Shown: positions 38,166 to 52,534, counted from the first letter of the stretch. The stretch: DNA of 54,476 nt from Seison nebaliae (GCA_023231475.1 JALJEE010000101.1:1-54476), one strand, 5' to 3'. The notes: generated from the sequence alone by a model not told the origin. Program-made: numbers and translations.

Positions 38166-38317
38166 ATTTCTGTATTTTTTCCCTTCTGAAAATTCTCTCG
38201 TTAACAATTATTTAATCCATTAAAATAAATTCTGTTTCATTAAGTTCAATATGAATTCATAGCTAAAAGGTTCTTTAATTTTGTTTATTGAAGAAATAAG
38301 ACTTTTTTCTAGGAGAA

Positions 38318-39899
38318 ATGCATCGAAACATTTGTAATTTTTTACGAAGATCGATATTTTCTTCTCATCGATCATTTTCGGCATCATCTGCAGTTAAGAA
38401 GGAATATTTTGATATTGATGCACGTGTTTTTGGATTGAGCGACGATGAAATTAAAGTTATTTAGGATTAATAATTTTGAAAATATTTTTGTTGATTTGAA
38501 TAGTTGAAAGAAACTGCATTTAACTTTGCTCAGAAAGAATTAGCACCTTATGCACAAGAAATCGACAAATCTAATAATTTTAAGAATTTGCGAGTTTGTC
38601 TTGTTTGTATTAAAAGATGAGAGTTATTTCCTCTGAAGAATTTCTTCAAATCAATGGGCGATATGGGATTTTTGGGAATTACTGCACCTGGTTATTTTAT
38701 CAGAATCAAAGAAATGAATAAATATTTTTAAAGAGAAATATGGAGGATTAAAAATGGGATATCTTGCTCATTGTTTAATAATGGAAGAATTGAGTCGAGC
38801 TAGTGCCAGTATCGCCCTTTCATATGGAGCTCATTCGAATTTATGTGTAAATCAATTGGTGAGAAATGGAAATGAAGAACAAAAAAAGAAATATCTACCA
38901 AAAGTTTAAAAAAGATTCGACATAGTAAAAATTGAATATATTTCAGTTAATTAATGGGGAACATATTGGAGCATTGGCGATGAGTGAAAGTGGAAGTGGT
39001 TCTGATGTAGTTTCAATGAATTTAACAGCAAAAAAAGATGGAGATTCATATGTGTTGAATGGACATAAATTTTGGATTACAAACGGACCGGATGCCGATG
39101 TATTAATTGTTTATGCAAAATTTATGGATGAAGATCATCATGATGGTTTGAAACCACAACATCAGATAACAGCATTTGTGATTGAGAAGGGTATGGATGG
39201 ATTTAGTACAATGCCAAAATTGGATAAGATGGGAATGAGAGGTAGCAACACTTGTGAGTTGGTGTTCGAGAATTGTAGAGTGAAGGAAGAGAATATTTTA
39301 GGAAAGAAGAGGAAAGGAGTCTATATTCTTATGAGTGGTTTGGATTATGAACGACTCGTTCTCGCCGCCGGTCCATTGGGCATCATGCAGAATACTTGTG
39401 ACGTGTCATTTGACTATGCCAATCAACGAAGACAATTTGGGAAGAGTATAAGTAACTTCCAATTGATTCAAGGCAAAATGGCCAACATGTACACAACGAT
39501 GAATAGTTGTCGCTCATATTTATATACGTTAGCGAGAGCTGCAGATGAGAAGAATGTAAGTTCGAAAGATTGTGCTGCTGTCATTTTATTATTAGGTGAA
39601 TCGGCAACTAAATTGGCTTTAGACGGAATACAAATTCTCGGTTAGTCATTTATCTTATTCTCTTTTCTTTTGTTTATTTAAATTACATGTTTTACAAACG
39701 AACTCTCATTCTTTACAAATCTTCAATCTTTTCATTCATTTGAATTACTAACTATTATTGTATAGGTGGAAACGGGTATATTAACGATTATCCAACCGGA
39801 CGATTATTACGCGACGCTAAATTATATGAAATTGGAGCTGGCACTAGTGAAGTTCGAAGGACGATAATTGCAGGTGCAATTAACAAAGATTACCGATAA
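38318..39899 (+). CDS. IVD: Isovaleryl-CoA dehydrogenase, mitochondrial, 6 exons
   Basis: [85 protein letters not shown]. Introns 38456-38503, 38594-38638, 38691-38733, 38904-38946 and 39641-39765. Confidence 0.96.
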
Positions 39900-40085
39900 A
39901 TTTGTAATAGTTTAAGAAAAGATTTTAAAAATTTATTACAAAGAAAACTAAAGTTTTAAAATTTTTTGAAAAGAATTTTTAAGTTTTTAATAAATTCTTA
40001 TAAACATTTGAGATTAGAATTTGATTAGAATGAAATAAGTAAATTAAATAGTTTTTATTGTAAATAATTTTATTGAATTAGAGAA

Positions 40086-42008
40086 ATGATCAATTCGCAT
40101 GTTGAGAGTTTGACAGATTCATCGAATGTTTCGCTTATAAACGATAATAATAGTATTGATGAAGATGAAGATGATGATGATATCCGGTTTTCGGTGGATG
40201 GTCGACATGATTTTAGACCCAGTCAACCATTACTTCGTCAGTATCGTCGAAGTAATGATAGTGATACCGCTTTCATGAACGACATTGGAACATTGTCAGC
40301 CGATGACAAATTAATTCGGAAATCAATTTTTGTAACATATCTCGTTATGATGATTAGTTCCTTAAGTTTCTCAATATGTCTACCATCCCTCTGGCCATAC
40401 TTACGTTTAATGGATAATGAGTCGACAACTACTTTTTTTGGATGGGTCGTCGCCAGTTATAGTGTTGGTCAGTTAATATTCTCTCCAGTATTCGGATGGC
40501 TCGGTGATAAAACGTCATCCACAAAAATTCCTTTATTGATTACGACGAGTTTTTCCATTCTGGCAAACTTACTCTACATGTACATAGCTTCATTGGATTT
40601 TCATAGTTTCAGGAAGAAATGGTTAATTTTAATTGCGAGAACATTCATCGGAATTGGTTCAGCGAATATCGCTGTCATTCGTTCTTATGCTTCTGAAGTT
40701 GTCAAACCAGAAAAGAAGAATGCAATTATGACAAATTTATCAGCGATGCAAGCTATCGGTTTCATCATCGGTCCATGTTAACTTTCTTTATTGTTCTTGA
40801 AATAACAAGTTTAGTTCCTTCTCATCATAGTGTTGCAAGCAGTTATGACATTACTCGGATTTCCTGGTATCGTCGAAATGAAATATTTTCATTGTAATAT
40901 GTATACGGCACCAGCATTACTCAGCATTTTCCTTCTAATAATTTCAACTTTTTGTATCATCTGCTTCTTCTCTGATATTAATCAATCGAAATTCAGATTA
41001 ACAGTGACTGCCCCAATCAATATGGAGATTCCGAATAAATCATCGAAAATCCCTATTATTTCTTTAAATTGTCTCTTCTTCATAACAATGACAATATTCT
41101 GCGTATTCGAAACGTTAATATTCAATTCTTTATCGATATGATGATAAATTTGATTCACTTAATTATTCAGATTAGCTACACCGATTTGTATTGATATGTA
41201 TGCGTGGACGAAGAAAGAAGCCACGAAAAATACAGGAATCATATTGGGTGGTATTGGTGCCTTCTCAATATTTGTTTTTTTAGGCTTGAAATATTTATCA
41301 AAAAAAACTAGAGATGTAAATTTGTTATTTGTGGGATTTGCGTTATGTGCCTTCTCTTTCCTTTTTGCTATTTTGCCATTCTCTTCCATCTATCCCGCTC
41401 TTCAATCATCAGGTTATTTTCATCTCATTAATGAAATTTTCTTTATTGATTCTTCAATCGATAGATATCCATCCTCATAAACATAATCATTCATATCATC
41501 AATTTCATAATAATTCAACAACAACTCATTCACCATTAACTACATCAACAACGAACACTATCAATGTAGCTGGATGTCCATTAAATTATGATTGGTGCTA
41601 CACACAAACTATCATAACATTATGGCAATTTATTCTGAGTATTTTCATCTGTAGCATTGGCTATGGAACATGTAACGTTATCACTTATACGATGTACTCA
41701 AAGATTATTGACAGAAGTAAAGATCAAGGTCTTTTCCATTTCTCCTCTTCTCCATACCTTAACTAAACAATTTGTTATTAGGTCTATTTATGGGATATCT
41801 GACATCATCAGGATCACTAGCACGAGCAATCGCTCCAGTTACTATCACTATGTTATATGAAAGGACTGGTTTGCGTGTGTCTTATGGTGTCGTACTTACA
41901 CTTACTATCATTGCTTTAGTGTTAGTTGGAGTGAATTATAAACAATTCAAAAAGTTACCGAAAGCTAAATCGACAAAAAAAGCACCTCGTCGAAGTGGAA
42001 CTATTTAA
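40086..42008 (+). CDS. MFSD8: MFS transporter, MFSD8/CLN7-like, 5 exons
   Basis: FSICLPSLWPYL, FGWVVASYSVGQLIFSPVFG, GSANIAVIRSY, AIGFIIGP, NMYTAP, GCPLNYDWC, YSKII…QGLFMGYLTSSGSLARAIAP. Four short introns. Confidence 0.9.
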
Positions 42009-42323
42009 ATTTTTTCATTCATTTCTTTCATTTCTTCAACATGTTTTATTTTAAGAAGAATAAGTAATTTATGATCGATAAATATTCCAAAATTAACAAA
42101 GTTTAACGATTCACGAATTATTAAAAGTTTTTTATTATATTGAATTATAAAAAATTTAACAAGGATAACGTTCGAGAAAAATATATTGAAGAAATAACCC
42201 GAAAGAAGTCTCTTAAAATATAAAAAAGAGAAAATTGGCAAAATTGAAAAAATGATTTAATACTAATTCTTAAAGAAAGAAGAAGGGAATATAAGTAATA
42301 AAATGAAAAATAAGTCGTTGTAA

Positions 42324-44051
42324 TTAGAAGGATCGACATCTTTTCTTCAAAATTTTCATATTGGCAAGAAGGTTCTCTCTAAACTTCTTATTGACATACA
42401 CGTAAAGTAAGGGATTAGTAAAAGAATTGAAATATCCCAACCACCAACCGAGATTCATCGCGATATATGGAACTCGATTAGGGAAACATAAATCGATGGG
42501 CCAGAGTATGATCCATGGTAGCCAACAGATGAGAAACGACACCATCAATATTCCTAACATTGCGACGGCCTTCTTATTTCGTTTCATTTGAACTTTTTTC
42601 GTATAATTCCTTAAAAATTCACTACTTGTCGAAATATTTGACTTTTGTCGAAGTGATTTTTTACCACCAAAAAATGAAATTTTTCTCATATCCAAAGAGA
42701 TACATGAAGCATGCCTTAATCGTTTCAAACCGTTCCCATTATTCAAATTATTCACATTTTTATTAAAATTAGATATTGGCTGTTGTTGTTGTTGTTGTTG
42801 ATTGCTACAGAATGATGTGGATGGCACAGATATGAAAGAAGTAATACGATGAGTACGATTTTGATTATGTTGTTTTAAACGGGGAGATAATGATAAAATT
42901 TGATTAGTTGTATTAAATGATAGATCACTGGATTTTTTCTCGAAAAGTTTTAAAATTTTCTTCTGATTATCAGAATTTTTCTCATGTTTCCAATTTTTTT
43001 TATTAAACATTTCGATGTTGATTCGCTTAATTCTGTTCGGATGTGAATCGAACATTGACAGTCTTCTTTTATCTTGTAACAATTTCGTATTTTCTCTGTT
43101 GGAACAACTACGGTGAATAATGCACGATTTGACAGATCGGAATGATGGCGATTTGTAAAAATATTTCTTGTGGAAAGAAGAACGATTTGATTCTGGTGGA
43201 TGTTCTTTAACATTATTTAAATTTTTTTTTCTCGATTCACAACAAGGTTGTTTTGTGTCACTCGAATTGCGAATATCATAGACAGTTTCGATATTAGATG
43301 TATTTCCATCATCGAAATGACGGAAATCATCCACAATCGATTTCATTGATTTTGGTTGACCAATACGAAAGAGATTGATAAGAAATTGAATCGATTTCCA
43401 CATTTTCTCATTCTTCTTTTGAATGTTCAATTGGTGGATGTGTCTCATTAAACGTCCATAACATACTACCATAAATATTACGGGAACATAATAATTCAAC
43501 ATAATTAAAATTGTCGTAGTATATAATGGTACGGGATATGAGCAAAGTGCTATACTGGTTTTATGAAAGTAACCATGAAAATCGTTTAGGTTAATGAATC
43601 GATGAAGAAATAGAAAGAGTACCCAGGTCATTAGTGGCATAAACCAACAAAGTTGAATGAGAAGTATAGTCTTTTTGCCTGATTTGCCTTTCAAATGTTT
43701 ATAAGGACGATTGATTGCACGATATCTATCCAATGACATGATGCACAATGTAAGCAATGATGCAGATGTTACGCAGAAGTCGAATGCCATATACAAATCA
43801 CAAAGGAAGAGATTATATGGCCATTGCGACGAATCATTTTGCAATTCGAGTAATAATTTCGTTGGCATGCTAATCAATCCAACTAACAAGTCAGCAAATG
43901 CCAAGTTGAGAATGTAGTAATAACCAGCCGAATGGAATTGACGATGAACGCAAATCGTTAAAATCACCAGCGCATTCCCAACTACCGTACAAAGGATGAG
44001 TGTGGATGCTGAAGAAATAATGAGAATTTGTCGAAGAAAGGTGGAAATCAT
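42324..44051 (-). CDS. Class A aminergic GPCR (histamine H1/muscarinic-like)
   Basis: GNALV, NLAFADLLVG, TM3 Asp (AFDFCVTSAS), SLDRY, long ICL3 with poly-Q, CWLPW, NSFTNPLLY. Confidence 0.9.
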   Translation of the reverse strand: MISTFLRQILIISSASTLILCTVVGNALVILTICVHRQFHSAGYYYILNLAFADLLVGLISMPTKLLLELQNDSSQWPYNLFLCDLYMAFDFCVTSASLLTLCIMSLDRYRAINRPYKHLKGKSGKKTILLIQLCWFMPLMTWVLFLFLHRFINLNDFHGYFHKTSIALCSYPVPLYTTTILIMLNYYVPVIFMVVCYGRLMRHIHQLNIQKKNEKMWKSIQFLINLFRIGQPKSMKSIVDDFRHFDDGNTSNIETVYDIRNSSDTKQPCCESRKKNLNNVKEHPPESNRSSFHKKYFYKSPSFRSVKSCIIHRSCSNRENTKLLQDKRRLSMFDSHPNRIKRINIEMFNKKNWKHEKNSDNQKKILKLFEKKSSDLSFNTTNQILSLSPRLKQHNQNRTHRITSFISVPSTSFCSNQQQQQQQPISNFNKNVNNLNNGNGLKRLRHASCISLDMRKISFFGGKKSLRQKSNISTSSEFLRNYTKKVQMKRNKKAVAMLGILMVSFLICWLPWIILWPIDLCFPNRVPYIAMNLGWWLGYFNSFTNPLLYVYVNKKFRENLLANMKILKKRCRSF

Positions 44052-47000
44052 TTCAAGTCAATATTATTCTTCCACTTATCATCATCCAATAAATGGTGGA
44101 TGATATTAGAGCAACGAACAACAATGTTTGTTTAGATGTATCTAGAATAGAAATAGAACGAGCCCTTATAAAATACATGTGAATGATAAAAGGAAATGTA
44201 AAATTGATCTGTTCGTTATGAAAATGAAATTTTGTTATTCTCCTTAAGAAATTTGTTTATCGAACGAAACTTTCATCTAGAAAACGGTCCGACTTATAAA
44301 GAGTAGTTATGTAATATAATTCCTTCATAATTAAAGTATCTAAATATATTCATGGAAGCTGAAAATTGTCGCCATTCAGATAGACTGAATATGTATCTTT
44401 AATTCATACTTATCCCATAATTAGGAGGAATGATTGGAAAGCACTTTCTTCTCCAATGCAGATAGATAACAACGTCAATTAAATTTTCGAACTAAGCGAC
44501 TTACAAATATTAGTTTAGGCTATATTATGTAGTAATTTAAGACTCTCAATTATAACTTCAAATGGATTGATAATATCAGTACTAATATTGTTATCAAACT
44601 AATAAATTACCCTTCATCTCGATCTAGACAGAAATATTGAAGTTTTCAATTTCAGACACTTTCTGCGAAACATTGAATGAAATATATATGTTACATATTT
44701 TATCTATTTTTTTAATTATCAGAACTTATCGATGACCTTTTTTAAAATTATGGGGCTTTTCTTCTAGGGAAAATGTAGGCAAAAATAATTACAATCTCGA
44801 CTATTTTGAAATTCAACAACCGTATGTCAAAAACTTAATAATAATATTTAGGGTAACTGAAAAACTGCCATTCCGCTTTCTGATCTATTAAAGAATATGT
44901 AAAGTAAAATATTTCTCAATTTTTCGACCTATATCTAAAAATGATTGAAATTATGATAAATAATGAACAAGTATTAGTGCAGTAACTTAGGATTTTCACA
45001 GACAATAAATATTGAATGAATTCTATTAAATGTGGCTAGTTAATCATAAGTCTAATAAATGCACTAATATTGAATGGGAATTGCACCTTGTAATTGTTCA
45101 ATAGTAACACAGCATATGAAAAGAATTACAGGAAAAAATTTCTTCTAGTTTAAAGAAATTGGTAAAGGAAAGAAATGACGTAGGATGAACATTATCCGAC
45201 ACATATTAATGACATCATATTAATAATATGACGAATAATATGATATTATTGGTTATTTGTAAAGTGCGAACTAATGGAAATAACTGTGAAATTAATCAAA
45301 GTAAAGAAGATTGAAAGTAGGAAGATTTGTAAATGCAAATGCAAAAGAGACACATCTTAATTCAGTTTAGATTTTAGATCAATCTTCAAACAGGGATGTT
45401 CTGCATCTTATTAGTTTCTTCAAATGAGGACTAACTGACACATCTAACTAATCAGCGTAGCACTGACAATGATAATTAGACTGTACAACTAAGAAATACC
45501 AAGATTCTGATGCTGCAGGATTACTTTTTGAAGTTATCGTATTTTGGAAAAGAGGTATTATATTCCTTTTTTGCAATTATGATCATTCGCTATTCATCAT
45601 AAAATGGAGGTGTTAAGGCAGCACTAATTATAAATAATGTAATTATGACTTCATTATTACATGCAAACTCCTTAAGTTTCCCAGACATTCAAATTAATAA
45701 ATTCGAATAATTTGATTAATTGAACATTGAAGGAAGGAACAATATCTTTCATATCATACGTAGGAAAGTAGCCTTAGGTTAACTAATTTGACATTATCTC
45801 AACCAAATTAACTTTTCAGTTAATATTGTGTGGGTAATATCCACACATAGTTCAGCTTATGCCCACTGGGTATTAGATGAGTACTTTCAATTTGAAATAG
45901 TTGTCACAATAATGTAAAGAATTGTCTGCTTTGAATTTACTACAAATTTCACAAAAGAAAGTTATTAGAAGAATGGGAGAAATTTGAATATTTTTAATTG
46001 TTATAGAGTCTATAATATAAGCAATTTCGGTTCCTATCAGGCTGATATGTAAACTTGTCAGATTGTGCATGATATGTAACTCATCAATCATGTAGGTCAA
46101 ACTCAATACTTACATTATACTTAAACGAGAATAATTTACATAATTCTTCGTTATGAAATGCTACGAAGACAATTTAAAGAATAATTAATGGGAAAGATGA
46201 AATGGAGGACAATTGAATAAATTTCTATTTAAAAAAATGACAATTTCGGGAAAAAGATGGAGATATAAAGTATCAGAGAGAATCTGTAAAATATGTATCT
46301 ATTATTGATATCTGTACTCTAATGGAGGTATAAATGCACCTATGGTGGGAATGTCTTAATGATTTATTTCTATTCATCTTCATTTTCAACTATCAGATTG
46401 ATGCATTTCATAAATAAAAATGATTGCGTAGTCAACATAATAAATTTACTTTTACTTCGATTTTTGTTTTCCTAATTAAATTTCTTGAATATAAATTATT
46501 CCATATCACATTAGTTCATTGAAAGTGAGTGCATCAACGTCCGAACAGTGCTTCTTGGAAGGAAATGAAGAAGAAAATAAATAAACTTCTTTATCACATA
46601 ACAAATTCACTTTTTCTTCAATAAAGACAGAAATTAATATGATATGTTCGTTTTACGAAGCATCAATTCCTTCTTTTCAATTTGAGTATTCCATCCATGT
46701 TCTTTATTTATCCGTTGCCCTACGCTTACCATATTCTACATAGTGAATAATGATAGACCAGGTCAATCGTTCTTTCTACGATTTTATCCGAATGTTAATG
46801 ACAAAAATAATTTTTCCTTTTCCGACATCATAAATAAGTATTAGATTAACCACATTATCTTTTCGTTCTTAATTCTAAAATTTTATACGGGGAAAGTAAA
46901 GAAAGATGAATATGAAACTTTCATGCAAAGTGTGGGAAGAAAAAAAAGACGAAAATATTTCTTCCAAAACATCGAAAGAATTGAAAATAAAAATTGAATT

Positions 47001-50000
47001 TATACCAAATGTCTAGTCTCAAGGGAATATACCAGACTTATAGATCTTTACTTGTGCTTCAAACATTTCATGTTAACCAAATAATTTACGGTATCTTCGA
47101 TGATAATTCAAATTAATAATTGTAATCGGAATAGAGAATGTGAGATTGACGTCATTCATAAGACATCATTCAGACGATAATTAAAATGCGATTAGTATCA
47201 CATTTTAGTTGTTTTCAATTTTAAAATTTTAGATTTGATTGGCAAACAACCTTCTTAACATATTGGAATAAGCGAAAATTTTCATTTGAACAATTCCAGT
47301 TTTCTAATATATTCCATTTCTTATAAAACAATATAATCTTCATTAACAAACCGAATTCCATTACCAGAAATAATTATAGATGTTGCATAATGTTAAATTA
47401 AAAAATTCTAAATGGATGGTTTTTTCGCATATTGCACGACAGGCGATGTAATGAAACTGTCAATTCAGCACCCTTCCTTCGACCATTGTCAAGTAATTAA
47501 ATTTTATCCAAAATCTGTCACTTCCATACTAATGCCCGTAATAATAATGGAAATTGATTACTTCAAAAATTGAAAATTTTCGAATATTAAGAATCAAAAT
47601 ATGTAATTAAGTCAATGTAATTGTAATTTAAAATTTACTAATTTATACAAATAGTCCCTCTACTAAACAGTCGGTCTACCAAAATGGTTCCTCTACCAAA
47701 TGTCCTAAACTCATATCTATCTTATTTTTTTTTTTTGAAATTCCAATCTGGGCAATTGAATATTGTTTGAGCGATCTTCTTCTTTACGGTCAGTGATAGG
47801 AGATCCCTACCTTTCGTGAGACGTCTGTCTCAATTACCACTCATAGACCACTGCGCTAGGCACGCCCAAAAATAATTTTCGTATCGAATGCAGGGTACAT
47901 TGTTTCCCATAAATGCGTACATCACTGCGCTACGCACGCCTTATTAACGTAGTTGAAAAAATTTTTAAATTTTCCGAGGATATTTTCCTACAATCATAAC
48001 AGTTCCTTCCATAAGGGATCTTACGGAGAAATTTTTTCTTTCCACCCCATTGGGTGACCCCAACAATGGTTCTTAAATTTTAATTTGCTCTTCTTTCTAA
48101 TTAACAAGCAAACAGTAATAAAGAAATTGAATGTAACATGTGGGAATAGCAACATAATTGAAATCCTCAATATTTGATAATTCTGTAAATAGTAAAGCAT
48201 ATTAGACCGAAAGGTTTTTTTTAATTAATACTTATTTCTCTTCCTTCATTAATCCGCCTCCAATAACATCAATATTTTCAACCATTTATATTATTATAAC
48301 TGGAAAACTGTTTTACTTCAGCTGAATGATCAATGGAAATGTAGAATGGAATACAGGAATTAAAAAATATGTTTACTGTTTGCGCAGTGCTTATGATGGT
48401 AGTACTTCAATTCCAATATTTCCTTATACTGACATTATACGAATAAATTTCTCGTATCATCCTTTCCCTAATACCTGTACGAACATAAAAAGTAAGTACA
48501 ACATCTTTTTCTTGAAGAACAATCTTTTTCTGATAATACTTCAAATAAAAAATCAAGGCATCTTATTAAAATACGACTTTTAATTCGAGTATCATAAATC
48601 TTAATAAATGTTAATTACACAAATTAAGTACATGAATTTGGAACAATATACGTAAAAATTGAACGAACTATCTTAGGATGTCTTTAAAACTACGACATGA
48701 AATGGAAGAAAATTAAAAGCTTCTTTTATATTTTATTGACAAATGTAATATACCTTGATAATTTGATCATTGAACGATTTGTACATGTTGAACAAAATAA
48801 TAAAAATTATTAAAATTCCGTCAACCTCGATGTCAACGAGAAGTCGTAGTAGCTAGCTCGACGAATTCGGTCGAGGAGAATAGAAGAGATTTTAAAAATA
48901 TATATTATCAGATAAAATGAATAATCAAAAATCGTTTCGCAGTCTAAATGAATTGAAAGAAGTTATTCTGATTCTCAATTTCTCTCAACTTTTAGGTAAT
49001 CTGCAATTTTCCAACATTAGAATAATACTCATAATAATAGTAATAATAGTTAATATATATCACAATTGACCGGAAAAATTAGGAAATGACACTTCATATG
49101 AGTTAATTCCTTAAGAAGGCACCCGAAAATCTCTTAATCTTATGTCGTTCTCTCAGTTCATGAAACTAGTTCATTGATCAACTGATGAACTAAAGTGAGA
49201 AGAATAAAATTGGTGATTTTAATTATCGTACTTCAAATATTAGTTGCATAATTCCATAGACGTCATAAAGCGCTTTGATGTAATCGGATTTAGTATGAGA
49301 ATAAAATGATATTTCAAAATATAAATGTAGGAGAATAATTCAGATTATTATCTGAAAGGCAAATAACTTAAAATAAATACGAATGATCATCAAAATAATT
49401 GATTGGTGACAAAATTTGTAGACTTACAAAGTTAGTGGCATTGTAATAAAGAACAATAAAATTTGTTAGGAAAAATTTTTGACGAATAATTTCCTAACGA
49501 AAGTATATAATAAAGTAATTCCATTAAATTGTCGTTCATCGTCGGAATCAGTTGTAATACGGTGTGAAAAATACAGGGAGAGTTTTCATATTATATTTGA
49601 ACTTTACAGATGATGTTTTTACCTATACGAATCCTATGGGGAAGAGATTCTTATTCAATTTATTATTGGCATACATCGAACGATTCTTCATAATCTTCAT
49701 CAACATAAATTAGTTGACCATCAATTTTCTGTCATTACCAATTCCCAAAAGATAATTTATTCTAAATTAGCTATGTCCTAAAAAACATTGTGTCAATTTT
49801 CATACAATAAAAAGTTTTTGGTTTCCTGAAGAAGTTGTTGCAAGAAGATTAATCTCCATCCAACTGGTAAACTTGTTAACAATGCTCAAAAAATATAAAG
49901 TTTCTTTAAAAATTTTCATTAGTCTTTCTCAGAAAAGTATGTCAATTCCATTTGAATATCTCGAATGTCATGATCGACATTACGTTCAATTTTAGCTGAT

Positions 50001-50410
50001 GGACACAAAATTCTTCTAATTGATAATAAATTATTAATAATTTTACTTCCCTTATTAATCTACTAACGTAAGTCGTTGCGAAATACTTATTAAAATATTT
50101 AGAAATTTTGTAACTATTCTACTTTCATCATATTGGATAATTATCCAATTGAGAGGTAAAATAAAGAATTTCAAGAATATTAAACTTGTTTTCAAGTTTT
50201 AGTTGCAGTTATATTATATAATAAAATACATCAGTATTGTATACGATTTCTAAAACTAACAATTTCATGATATTTATTAGAAATAGTACAAGAATAAATG
50301 AATCGTAAGAGGAATATGAGATTAATTTCATTCATCCATTAAAGAAATGAAAATGAATTACACATATAAAATAATTTGGAAGTAAATTTTAGAAAGAAGG
50401 GTCGATGGAT

Positions 50411-51758
50411 TCAATGTCTTTTCCGGCAGTGGTTCGTTTCTTCATTTGATCTGTGATAATAACGATCATGCGAATTCGAATAATCGTCGTCTCGATAATG
50501 TCTATGTCTCTTCGGATCTCGTCTATTTCCTGAAGAATGATAATCGTCTCTATGACGATAACGTCGATGGAGACGATCATGATGATCATTATGGTGATGA
50601 TGGTCATCATCAGAATATTCTCGATCCGATTTACGACGACTGAATGATTCTCTAGATTTGTTTCGACTATTATCATCGTTTGGATGATGTTGGCGTCGTT
50701 TTACATAAGTATCGTGGGAATCTTTAGAATAAGTTTTTTCATTTCGACGAATATGAGATTCATCCACATTATCTTCACCATCTTTCTCATTGGAAGATTG
50801 GAGGGAAAGTAATTGAGAGGAATATCCATCCTCCTTAAGTTTCTTTACTAATTTATCGTCATCTTTATTAATTTTAGGCGCGCGATATGCCTCGACATGA
50901 TCAACTTTAATTGTTCGCATCAACAACTTTAAATAAATGATCAATTAATGAGACGGGACATATTCCATGTCAGTCATACCAAATCAGACAATGAGTGATA
51001 CCGTTAAATTTTAATGAGAATAAACTTTAATTCCATTCAAATTATCTACAGCTAAATTTGTGCTCCGTTGGTCTTCATAACAGATGAAGCAAAATCCTTT
51101 GCTCTTGCCTGTCGTTCGATCTCTTACCAAATTTATATTAACTATTGTTCCATACCTAAAGAGACAAAGAAGAAAGACAGATAAATTAAAAGGAAATCGA
51201 TAAGAAAAAGAAGGAATTTCAATGGGAATTTTTAGTGTGTTTTCGTCTCATTCTGTTTATCAGTTTTCAAGAACACGGAATGAAACGTACAAGATACGCA
51301 ATGGAAATTTTAGCAGATGAATGAAGCGGAAAATGAGGAATACTTACTGAAATGTGCAAATAGAAAAATTTAGATGAATAAGAATTTATGAAAGAAGGAC
51401 GTGTTACGAAAAGAAGATAAACAAAAAAATCATTTAACAATCGAATATTCAAAAGACAAACTGGGAGAAAACTGCAATTACATCTCCTTCGTTCAACCCA
51501 TAAGGAAGTCCGCCTACAAAAATCCATGCACTGTCTTTGTACATGTGATGGAAGGATGCTTCTGTATTTGCTGTGCCCAGTTTTATTTCCTTCTCCGTTA
51601 GAGATTGCAAGTTCTTCACTTGTCTAACATATTGGCCGCAATAGAATAATTGTAGATCGAATGTTCCATACAAATGCGAAAGTTAATTCAAATACATACA
51701 AAAAAAATAACAGCGATAATAGATTTAAAAGAAAATATACTAACGTTAACGGATTCAT
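50411..51758 (-). CDS. RBMX2: RES complex RRM protein RBMX2/Snu17/Ist3, 4 exons
   Basis: MNPLT|QVKNLQ…YKDSAWIFVGGLPYGLNEGDVIAVFSQ|YGTIVNINLVRDRTTGKSKGFCFICYEDQRSTNLAVDNLNGIK|LLMRTIKVDHV, then an R/H/D-rich tail. Introns 51624-51744, 51156-51461 and 50927-51025. Confidence 0.95.
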
Positions 51759-52534
51759 AATTCCTCAAATGAATAACAAACTTTCCCACAATAAATTGAA
51801 AACTTGGGAAATTAGTGTTTGATGATTTAGTACTGTATTTAATTATATTTTCTTAATATTTTTACAAATAAGCCAACTAGTTGCAAGAGTTTTATTGTGT
51901 TATGCAAGTAAAAACTGTACGGAACACGGATGGAACTTAAACTTTTGTTGATATTTAATCAAAAGGATTTTATTTATTCAAATCTTTAATCGATCGTTTT
52001 ATGAGTTTTCAACAGTAAAAGGTGGTAGAAAGAAAAATGTCTGTTCGGGATAATCCTATTCCCGAAAATTGTCCAGTTTGCAAGTTTTATTATCTACCAA
52101 AAGCTTTACCATCAATAAATCTCAATGCGCAAAATCAGTCAAATACTATGAAAGTGTTTAATTAAGATTTTAGTTTCCTTGAAATAATCTCTCGAAATGA
52201 TTGAAATGATCCAATTAATGAATTTAAAATGAGAAAAATTCATTTTTCGATAGAATAAGAATTGTTATTGATATTTGACTATAATCGAATTCGGCTGTGT
52301 AAATGTACGAGAAAAATAATGGACGGGGAGAAAAAATGAGAATTACACTTATTAAACACTTATTGCAGTAAATTACAATAAATTGTGGCATACGATAAAT
52401 AATGATAATTAAATGATATCGTTAGTAAATGATCAATTTATCGGCAGTATGTTATTAAAAATACATACTAAACAGTGAAGGAGTGAGTTAAATTGTAAAA
52501 ATTTCATTGTAAACCATGTCAAGTTACCATTTAA

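Noticed and set aside
48859..48877. Near-palindrome ctcgacgaattcggtcgag as a Helitron end or solo LTR part
   Set aside because: No TSD, second copy or correctly spaced terminus.
44100..50350. 6-kb gene-poor stretch with coding-like scraps (45000-45900, 48326-48583, 49500-50000)
   Set aside because: Multiple stops and no recognisable motif. It is probably GPCR upstream sequence plus old TE or gene debris.
50927..51025. Intronic snoRNA in RBMX2 intron 3
   Set aside because: No convincing C/D or H/ACA box pair with a terminal stem.
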